The notes beneath the pieces are model-generated. The model was not told the origin of the DNA. It searched no databases and worked only from the letters and a program-made list of their open reading frames with translations. The position numbers and the translations under genes were made by a program. Positions 18,100-25,629 of a DNA stretch of 64,000 nucleotides are shown here, piece by piece (position 1 is the stretch's first letter; each line of letters opens with the position of its first letter). The stretch comes from Candidatus Colivivens caballi (GTDB lineage Bacteria; Bacteroidota; Bacteroidia; Bacteroidales; Bacteroidaceae): contig JAGHSZ010000015.1 of assembly GCA_018065565.1 (NCBI GenBank), forward strand, positions 1,162-65,161, given 5' to 3'.

Positions 18100-20616
18100 T
18101 TATTTAAGTATGTTGGCGATTGAAACCATCATTGTTGCGATGGAACTTGCTGATGTGCCAAGTGCCATTATTTCGGCAGTGGTCATCTTGCTCTTTTTCT
18201 GCTTTGATGGAATTACAATTTCACATCCAGGTTGAATTGCCTTTGATGAATGCTTTTTGATGCGTTCTACTGAACCGTTCATATAGATGACATATACCCT
18301 GGATTTGCGTGCATTGCTGTTGTATCCACCTGCATGGTCAATATAGAATTTGAGTGTTTCTCCCTTCTGATAATTCATTGAGTTTGGATACATCACTTCG
18401 CCACTGACTTTGACTGTGCTTGAATACTGAGGAATAATCAAGTGGTCTCCTTCGCGAAGAATTACATCTTCTTCTTTGCCTGGATTAGCTAAGGCTTTGT
18501 CAAGGTTGATGGCTACTGGGTAAGTGTTGCCGAGATCGAGCTTAATGCTGAGCAATGAGTCTGCAAGGTCAAGGTTGAAGTTCTTGTCTTCATCGAGGCT
18601 TGCTTCATACAGTGCAATCTGCTGACTGCGCATACTGGTCTCTCGTTGCATTCGTTCCTCTTCTGTCATGGTACGTTCGAGGCGAGCCCCTTTTGCGTAT
18701 GCTTCAGCTGACAATCCACCTGCTGACTTTATCAGGTCGCTCAGACGATAGTGCTTGTTTGAAGCTGAATATGTTCCAGCAAAATGCACTGCTCCTGAGA
18801 CTTGGACATTTTTTGCAGTAGTGTAAGATGGACTCTTGCGAACAACTACCTTGTCGAATGGTTTAAGGATGAATCCTTGCTCTCCGTCAATTACAAATCC
18901 ATCTTTCAATGCAAACGAAAATGTCTCGGTGATTTGCTCTGATGATTCTACTGCTGCTGGGTCGTAGATTCGGCGGAAGATGTCAACTTTTGATGTTGAC
19001 GCCGTGTTTGTCAAACCACCAGCCTGCACAACGATGTCTTCAAGTGTGGTGTTTGCTGCGTATTGGTATATGCCTGGGTACATTACCTCTCCTGCTATTT
19101 CGATTGTCTGGTCGGTGATGTTGTCCTGGCGGCTTGCAATGAAGAGTACATCGTTCTTTTGCAGTGGTATGTCTGGGGTGGTGCCATTGAGAATGCCGAT
19201 GACATCAACTGGTACTACTTCGAGGGTTTTGTCTTCGCGCTGACGATGCATGACTGCACGATTTGAAAACGCGTCTTCGCTGAGACCATCTGCTGCATTG
19301 AGTAGTTCTCTAACAGTGCTGATGTCACCTCCAAGCTGGAACATACCAGGATGCATTACTGCTCCACGAACTTCTACCATGTTGGAGTAGCGAGCCGGGA
19401 TGGTGCTGACAAATATGGAGTCTCCATCATTGAGGGTAAATCCCTTCATGTCGAACTCCCCAATTGTGTGTACCGAGTATTCAGCTCCATTCTTGCGTAT
19501 GAGTCTCAAGTTCTTGCGATATGCATCGCCAGTGAATCCACCTGCATAATCGATGAGGGTTGCTACACTCTCGCTTGGTTTCATTTCGTAGAACATAGGT
19601 CGTTTTACACGGCCTTTAACGCGGACAAGGCTTTCATATGGACCAACAACAATGATGTCATTGTCTTGTAACCGGATGTCACCTGCTGAGTTTCCGTTGA
19701 GGAGATAGTCATAAACATCGATTGTTGCAATTTGCCGTCCTGAACGGTAAACTTTAATGTTACGCAGAGTACCGATTTCGTTAATGCCTCCTGCTGAATA
19801 TAATGCGTTGAACGCTGTTGACAGTGAATTGAGGGTATATGTGCCTGGGACTTTGACTTCTCCCATGACTTGTACCATGATGGAACGTGTGTCGCCAACG
19901 CTAAGACTGAAATTGCAGTCTTCGTAATAGCGGCCGAGGCGTGACTTGATTGTGCCTGTGGCTTGTGACACACTTTGTCCTCCAAGTTTGATTGGACCGA
20001 TACCTTCAATCGTTACTGTTCCGTCAGGAGAAATTGTTCCTTGAAATGTTTCCTGTGATGCACCCCATACATCAATAATCACAACATCGCCGGCACCTAA
20101 TCGATAATTTGCTGGTGTGGCGATATTCATTGCAGGCTGAAAGGTCAGCTCACTGTTGTTGAAGAGATTGCGTCCGAAAACTTGTTCTTCGGTGTTCTCC
20201 ATGGTTTTGTCAACAGGGTCTTGGGTAATAAAACCCAGTTCACTGTTGAGTGACTCTGTTTGTTCGTCCTGCAGATAGCTGTCGGTATGCTGTATGCGCG
20301 TCATGACATTCGACGATTTAGCAACTTCTTGCTTGTTTGTACGAAGTCGGCTGTTCTCGTCCTTCTTGTTTGTGACGCTGACTGCTCCTAAGTTTTGGTG
20401 ACCATTTTCCAGTTTGCGCCTGATGTTCTGCACTTGTTGCACTGTAACACCTCGCTTTTGCAACTTTTGGATGATTTGTGCTTGACTGTCACCTTTTTCT
20501 TGGCTTGTCCGTACAAATTCGATTACTTGTTCGTCGCTCATTGTCTGTGCCATTGCAGTATTGCATTGGCATGCAATGAGAACCATAAATGTAATGACAA
20601 AAAGTTTTTTTATCAT
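18100..20616 (-). CDS. Outer-membrane polysaccharide export protein (Wza/BexD-like, multiple SLBB domains)
   Basis: Signal peptide, a Poly_export-like segment (FGRNLF...YRLGAGDVVIIDVWGAS), repeated SLBB-like modules and a C-terminal helix. Confidence 0.85.
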   Translation of the reverse strand: MIKKLFVITFMVLIACQCNTAMAQTMSDEQVIEFVRTSQEKGDSQAQIIQKLQKRGVTVQQVQNIRRKLENGHQNLGAVSVTNKKDENSRLRTNKQEVAKSSNVMTRIQHTDSYLQDEQTESLNSELGFITQDPVDKTMENTEEQVFGRNLFNNSELTFQPAMNIATPANYRLGAGDVVIIDVWGASQETFQGTISPDGTVTIEGIGPIKLGGQSVSQATGTIKSRLGRYYEDCNFSLSVGDTRSIMVQVMGEVKVPGTYTLNSLSTAFNALYSAGGINEIGTLRNIKVYRSGRQIATIDVYDYLLNGNSAGDIRLQDNDIIVVGPYESLVRVKGRVKRPMFYEMKPSESVATLIDYAGGFTGDAYRKNLRLIRKNGAEYSVHTIGEFDMKGFTLNDGDSIFVSTIPARYSNMVEVRGAVMHPGMFQLGGDISTVRELLNAADGLSEDAFSNRAVMHRQREDKTLEVVPVDVIGILNGTTPDIPLQKNDVLFIASRQDNITDQTIEIAGEVMYPGIYQYAANTTLEDIVVQAGGLTNTASTSKVDIFRRIYDPAAVESSEQITETFSFALKDGFVIDGEQGFILKPFDKVVVRKSPSYTTAKNVQVSGAVHFAGTYSASNKHYRLSDLIKSAGGLSAEAYAKGARLERTMTEEERMQRETSMRSQQIALYEASLDEDKNFNLDLADSLLSIKLDLGNTYPVAINLDKALANPGKEEDVILREGDHLIIPQYSSTVKVSGEVMYPNSMNYQKGETLKFYIDHAGGYNSNARKSRVYVIYMNGSVERIKKHSSKAIQPGCEIVIPSKQKKSKMTTAEIMALGTSASSIATMMVSIANILK

Positions 20617-20652
20617 AGGATAGTCGGGTATTTCGTTCGATTAATAATAATG

Positions 20653-21279
20653 CTAAAATTTCTGGCCGCAAATAACTTTAGCTAATGTTTCTCCAATTAT
20701 TTTGCAATCGATGGCGATGCTGCGTGTGTGAAGATAGTTTAAGTCCATGTCAAGACGCATAATCATCTTTTCCATGGTGTTGGTATAACCATTGTGCAGG
20801 GTCGCATCAGAAGTAACACCTGGACGACTGATATATAGTTCTGTATAGTCAGGCCTCTGCTGAATAATCTGGTCAATAAAATACTGTCGTTCTGGACGGT
20901 ATCCAACGAATGACATATCACCGATGAATACATTCCACAATTGAGGTAATTCGTCAATGTGATGTAATCTTAGAAACTTTCCTACCTTTGTTAGACGGTC
21001 GTCGCATTCTTGTGCCAGTTGTGGTCCATCGTTCTCAGCTGTGGTTTTCATTGTACGGAATTTCAAGATGTTGAATGTTTTTCCGTCTTTGCCGACTCGT
21101 TCTTGCCTAAAGAGGACTGGACCCTCTCCTTCGATTTTCTGGGCAATAGCAATGGCGAGAAATATGGGACTGGTCAAGATCAATCCGATGCATGAGCCGC
21201 AAATGTCGAAAGAACGCTTACAAAAGCGTCCGCCAATTCCCATTCCGTCATTTATATGTTTCTTTGCTTCTTTGGTCAT
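20653..21279 (-). CDS. Initiating undecaprenyl-phosphate sugar-phosphate transferase (bacterial sugar transferase family)
   Basis: KRSFDI..., ILKFRTM, and DELPQLWNVFIGDMSFVGYRPER. Confidence 0.9.
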   Translation of the reverse strand: MTKEAKKHINDGMGIGGRFCKRSFDICGSCIGLILTSPIFLAIAIAQKIEGEGPVLFRQERVGKDGKTFNILKFRTMKTTAENDGPQLAQECDDRLTKVGKFLRLHHIDELPQLWNVFIGDMSFVGYRPERQYFIDQIIQQRPDYTELYISRPGVTSDATLHNGYTNTMEKMIMRLDMDLNYLHTRSIAIDCKIIGETLAKVICGQKF

Positions 21280-21469
21280 AGAATTTGTTACTCATTAAAT
21301 CGATGTAGACATCTGTGCTTCTGAAATATGTGCATTCTACAATAATTAACGATAATTAACGATTATTATTGTGAAGCAGAGCACTTTTTTCCACATGGTT
21401 CAACTTTTAGTGTAATGGTTCATGCGTTTCATGCAAAATGTGTTGCGATATGCAATCCCCAAAACCATG

Positions 21470-21477
21470 CAAAGGTA
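21470..21477 (-). promoter_or_regulatory. Candidate -7 promoter element (TACCTTTG) for the CPS operon
   Basis: This is the only TAnnTTTG match on the minus strand upstream of the sugar transferase. It implies a 191-nt leader. Confidence 0.4.
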
Positions 21478-21613
21478 CGAAAAAAATACGAGACTAACGG
21501 TGCCATATTGAAAAAAACACATGCGTATGCCTTTTTTGCATGCGTTTTATTTGAAATATGGCAATTGTTTTGGAATTTGTGTGTTTACAGTTGTGTTTTG
21601 CGATTATTTTTCA

Positions 21614-21621
21614 TACCTTTG
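21614..21621 (+). promoter_or_regulatory. -7 promoter element (TACCTTTG) for the DUF3237 gene
   Basis: Lies 47 nt upstream of the ATG at 21668. Confidence 0.5.
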
Positions 21622-21667
21622 CGCTCGCAATTATATCGCTATACTTAAACAATTATTTCAACACATC

Positions 21668-22180
21668 ATGATTATGAAAAAACTATTGACTTTTGTTGTG
21701 GCACTGATGCTCACAGCATTTGCAAGTGCTCAGAATGCAGCACCTTCTGCACCCGACATTACACCAAAACTGGAGTATGTTCTTGAACTAAAAGTGAAAA
21801 TCGATGGCGCTTTTTCTGTTGGGAAGACACCGCATGGCGGCCGCACAATCATCCCAATAACTGGCGGAACTTTTGAGGGACCAAACATAAAGGGAACAAT
21901 CATTCCAGGAGGCGCTGACTATCAAATGGGTGGCGAAGTGCAGGGACGGACTGAAGTGGAAGCAATTTACTGTATCAAGACTGATGACGGTGTAAATATC
22001 CATGTTCGCAACTGCGGACTTATCTGCTCTGGTCAGGGAGGCTTCTATTTCGTTACTTCTCCTAAATTTGAAGCACCAATCGACAGCAAATATGCTTGGC
22101 TGAACAATGCTGTATATGTCTGCAAGCCAGACTTTGGACAGCATGACTATCTGTCTCTTAAGGTTTGGAAGGTTAATTGA
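21668..22180 (+). CDS. Secreted DUF3237 (UPF0311) family protein
   Basis: Signal peptide MIMKKLLTFVVALMLTAFASAQ and family-like segments GGRTIIPITGGTFEGPNIKGTIIPGGADYQ and IKTDDGVNIHVRN. The ATG at 21668 is preferred over the track start at 21521. Confidence 0.7.
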   Translation: MIMKKLLTFVVALMLTAFASAQNAAPSAPDITPKLEYVLELKVKIDGAFSVGKTPHGGRTIIPITGGTFEGPNIKGTIIPGGADYQMGGEVQGRTEVEAIYCIKTDDGVNIHVRNCGLICSGQGGFYFVTSPKFEAPIDSKYAWLNNAVYVCKPDFGQHDYLSLKVWKVN

Positions 22181-22212
22181 TAGAATCAGTTCTTGGAACT
22201 GCATAAATTGAT

Positions 22213-22256
22213 AAATGTGTACACTCATCTTGTATTGGGTGTACACATTTTTTATA
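22213..22256 (+). terminator. Rho-independent terminator after the DUF3237 gene
   Basis: AAATGTGTACAC (22213-22224) pairs with GTGTACACATTT (22239-22250), followed by a T-run. Confidence 0.7.
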
Positions 22257-22293
22257 CTTTATGTTCTATCGCAATGATGTGAACATCGCCGTC

Positions 22294-22491
22294 TTAACAT
22301 GTACAGGTTAGGGCGTTAATCTGCATAGGTTAAGGGGTTAACATGCACAGGTTAGGGGGTTAACATGCACAGGTTAGGGGGTTAACATGCATAGGTTAGA
22401 GCGTTAACATGCATAGGTTAAGGCATGAATCTGCGGACATTATAGCATTAATCTGTGGGTGTGACAGTTCTAATTGGCAGAGGGGACTATT
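22294..22491. repeat. Tandem array of 22-bp units (consensus TTAACATGCAyAGGTTAGGGGG): 6 well-conserved copies and 3 decayed copies
   Basis: Units start at 22294, 22316, 22338, 22360, 22382, 22404, 22426, 22448 and 22470. Units 3 and 4 are identical. The last three are about half-conserved and reach the 3' end of the transporter gene. Confidence 0.85.
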
Positions 22492-23911
22492 CGCTGAATG
22501 CAGGCCAGTATTCCATAAGTGCCCATGCGGTTATAGTCATGAATACAATCACCAGAAGCGTGATTTTCCAGCCTTCCTTAAACATGTATTTAGGTGATAA
22601 TCCATAACCTACCGGAATGGCACGGATGGATGTTGGCAACATATATGACAGGTTAACGCCGATCGATGCTATGTAGATGTAAGGTATTGGGTTCTGCCCA
22701 AGTCCCTGCACGATAGAAATAACAATAGGGATGGCTACGGCTGCTGTTGCGGTGTTTGATGTAACATCAGATAGCAACAGTGGAACGGTAATGAATATGC
22801 ATACCGCTGCGATTCCACCAGTTATGCCCATGCTTGCAACTGCTGTACCAATAGACTCTGCGGCTCCAGAACCGTTTATGAGTGTTCCGGCAGCCATACC
22901 TCCTGCAAAAATGTAGATGAGGCCCCATACCACTTTCTTGGCTACATGGTTCCAATGAAGCAACTTCTCTCCATTTTCCTTTCGTGTGATGAAGAAAGCG
23001 ATAATGGCACAGATAATAAATGAATAGGCGGGTTTGAGCCCTGGAAGTATGTCACTGTAGCACTGACGGGTAAATGCCATGATTGTGGCGACGCAGAACA
23101 ACAGAAGTGAAATCAATTCTTCGCGTGTCATTTTAGGCATTTTCTCATATTCCTGTTGAAAATACTCTTTTGAACCTCCGAGACATTCGTTCTTCTTAAT
23201 GTCACGAACCATGAAGATGAGGTTGATAATGAGCAAAACAACCATTATAGGGAAGAACTTGACTACCCAGTCAATGTACATATATTCTTCACCCGTGAGC
23301 TGCTGAATGTAATCGACAGTGACCAGGTTCATTGCACCTCCAAGTGGTGATGCCAGTCCGCCAAGTCCTGCTGCATAGGCAATTGCAAGAAGAATTTTGC
23401 TGCCAACACGGCTTTTCTCGATGTCACCTTCACCAATATATCTGAGCATACTAACGGCAATCGGAGTGATGGTGGCACATACCACAGCGTTCGGCAAGAC
23501 GGCAGAGAGTAGGGTAGAGAGAACGAACCAGAAGATGACTTGCTTGCGCAGACTGTTGCCGATCAGGTTGAGAAACTTTGCTGCAATTCGTCTGTCAAGG
23601 CCTGTTTCCTCCCAGGACACAGTAATGATGCTTGCACCGAGTAGTAACAATATGGTTTCGCTTGCGTAATTGGCGATGACCTCATCCATGTCACAAATTT
23701 GGAACAGTGCGTTGAGAGCGATTGGTAGAAATGCCGTAACTGCATAGTCAATAGGTGCGGTGAGCCACCAGTATGCCATCCATGCAACTGCGCCTACAGC
23801 AGCTCTGCTTGCTGCCGTCTCAAACAAAGTTGATGGCAACAAGTAATAACACAATGCAAAAAGTACTGGCCCTAATATCAGGTGAAGTTTTCTAACAGAA
23901 AATGTTTGCAT
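22487..23911 (-). CDS. SLC13/DASS-family anion (di/tricarboxylate or sulfate):cation symporter
   Basis: Polytopic permease of about 475 aa with DASS-like architecture. The ATG at 23911 lies 1 nt after the upstream stop and is preferred over the track start at 23956. Confidence 0.8.
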   Translation of the reverse strand: MQTFSVRKLHLILGPVLFALCYYLLPSTLFETAASRAAVGAVAWMAYWWLTAPIDYAVTAFLPIALNALFQICDMDEVIANYASETILLLLGASIITVSWEETGLDRRIAAKFLNLIGNSLRKQVIFWFVLSTLLSAVLPNAVVCATITPIAVSMLRYIGEGDIEKSRVGSKILLAIAYAAGLGGLASPLGGAMNLVTVDYIQQLTGEEYMYIDWVVKFFPIMVVLLIINLIFMVRDIKKNECLGGSKEYFQQEYEKMPKMTREELISLLLFCVATIMAFTRQCYSDILPGLKPAYSFIICAIIAFFITRKENGEKLLHWNHVAKKVVWGLIYIFAGGMAAGTLINGSGAAESIGTAVASMGITGGIAAVCIFITVPLLLSDVTSNTATAAVAIPIVISIVQGLGQNPIPYIYIASIGVNLSYMLPTSIRAIPVGYGLSPKYMFKEGWKITLLVIVFMTITAWALMEYWPAFSE

Positions 23912-23912
23912 A

Positions 23913-25223
23913 TCAACGAAGTTGTTTATACCACTTGTCAAGTATTGTCCTGTCAAATGGCGAAATGATTTGGTTGTTGCCTTCTACATCTAATATCCGA
24001 AGGTTGGATTGAATGAAATCAATGATCTCCTTCATTTTCTCGTATGAGCGTTCGCATAATACTGATATTTCTCCGGCTCTATGACGAATGTCGCCAGTTG
24101 CTTCAATCGTTTCACCGACAAAGTGCTTCTGTGTCACATCGACAATGTTGGGGTGCTTTGCAATAACATCAAGACCTTGGTATGTCCCGATGACACCAGG
24201 ACCAACATTTATCATGTACTGCATGCATACTTTTCCGTTTAGGTCGTAGCATCCTTTTGCCTCTTCGTAACCTTCAATTTCACCACCGACACAGTATGGG
24301 ATAATGTCTTTCATCAGGTTGACCCCTGTTGCAACATTCAGTATTCTCTCATACTCGTTTCCTGGGTATCTCAATCCTGGGTCATAGAGGCGTACGGTGT
24401 TGCCGTCCCAATATCCCTGGAAGAAGACCGGACCGTTTTGGATGCCGAGGTGCTTTATCATCTTCTTGATGCGCTCATCTGCAACAGCCATGTATTCATT
24501 GACAAATCGAGATGGCTGAATGGTGCAGACAAGTTGACGGTCGAGGTTGTCTTCCTTTCGTCCCGAGTGCCTGTCGCCAAGGCTGACCAGTGTTGGTTCA
24601 CCGTCTTTAACAAGATAGGATATAGTCAAGTCCTGATTGACATCAGGAGTCATGTATTTTTCGATGACGCATCCACCGTTTGATGATTCTTTCTTGGCGT
24701 TCGGAATTGCTTCCATGAGTTCGTCTTTTGTAAAGCATTCTTTAACTCCTCGACTGCCACGGCTATCTACTGGTTTCACTAATACAGGGTATTCAATTTT
24801 CCCATCTACCATGATATCGTCTTCGGTATATGAGTAGATGGTGTCAACACCTGTGTCTTTGCAAAGTTTCTTGAAAACGGTCTTGTCTGTCAAGGCCATC
24901 ACTTGCTCCCATGTCCCGAAGCATGGGACTCCAGCCTTCTCGGCAATCTGCTGAGCGGGTCGTTGGGTGGGGTCAATGCAAAAACCTAACACTCCATCAA
25001 CATTATTGTCCTTGATATATTGGACAAGTTCGTCGATGTCAAATATGTTGTTCATCAGATACTCGTCTGCTATAAGTTTTGCTGGTGAAGACTCTGGTTT
25101 AAGATAGTCGGCAACGATTGTGTAAATGCCTAACTCTTTTGCAGCTTCGACTACTTTGCAATGAACTGCTGCTCCTGCGAGTATTAAAAGTTTCTTTTTG
25201 CCGTTGCTATTGTTGCTATTCAT
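23913..25223 (-). CDS. ATP-grasp carboxylate-amine ligase-like enzyme
   Basis: A pre-ATP-grasp Rossmann N-terminus (KKLLILAGAAVHCKVVEAAKELG), then KTVFKKLC...YPVLVKPVDSRGSRGV and C-terminal grasp motifs. Confidence 0.8.
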   Translation of the reverse strand: MNSNNSNGKKKLLILAGAAVHCKVVEAAKELGIYTIVADYLKPESSPAKLIADEYLMNNIFDIDELVQYIKDNNVDGVLGFCIDPTQRPAQQIAEKAGVPCFGTWEQVMALTDKTVFKKLCKDTGVDTIYSYTEDDIMVDGKIEYPVLVKPVDSRGSRGVKECFTKDELMEAIPNAKKESSNGGCVIEKYMTPDVNQDLTISYLVKDGEPTLVSLGDRHSGRKEDNLDRQLVCTIQPSRFVNEYMAVADERIKKMIKHLGIQNGPVFFQGYWDGNTVRLYDPGLRYPGNEYERILNVATGVNLMKDIIPYCVGGEIEGYEEAKGCYDLNGKVCMQYMINVGPGVIGTYQGLDVIAKHPNIVDVTQKHFVGETIEATGDIRHRAGEISVLCERSYEKMKEIIDFIQSNLRILDVEGNNQIISPFDRTILDKWYKQLR

Positions 25224-25320
25224 TTGACTTTGTTAGAATTCGTGTTAATTTGACATTATTGAAGTCAACTGTTATTGTGGGTCCCTGTGGTTTTTGTGAA
25301 CAGGTTGTACACAAACTTTG

Positions 25321-25328
25321 CAAAGATA
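25321..25328 (-). promoter_or_regulatory. -7 promoter element (TATCTTTG) for the ATP-grasp/DASS operon
   Basis: Lies 98 nt upstream of the ATG at 25223. Confidence 0.45.
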
Positions 25329-25515
25329 CGAAAAATGTTTTATATCCTCCGACATTTAATACATTTTTGGCATAGTTGGCTTATAATTCGTGTTATAGTT
25401 ATGCTGTTTGGCTGAGTTTTGTTGGTTTTGATGCAACAAATTCGTTTCTCGTTCCGTCAATATAGATAGTTAGGTAATTGCAATATTACAGATTGATTGA
25501 TGAATACTTCGAAGT

Positions 25516-25556
25516 AAAAGTGAAGGGCAACTCGTGAGAGCCGCCCTTCACCTTTT
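25516..25556 (-). terminator. Hairpin terminator downstream of the NfnAB-like gene
   Basis: GTGAAGGGC (25520-25528) pairs with GCCCTTCAC (25543-25551) and is flanked by A/T runs on both sides. Confidence 0.6.
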
Positions 25557-25629
25557 AATATATTACGGGATATAAACAATTCGTGGAACTTACCCTTATG
25601 TAATGACGAAGGGTAGGGACTCTGGTGCG

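Noticed and set aside
21415-21555. Invertible (phase-variable) promoter upstream of the CPS operon
   Set aside because: Short inverted repeats (CATGCAAAA at 21430-21438 and TTTTGCATG at 21534-21542; ATGTGTT and AACACAT) flank the candidate -7 element. They are only 7-9 bp, compared with ~20-bp IRs at known Bacteroides invertible promoters, and no recombinase is nearby. The evidence is insufficient.
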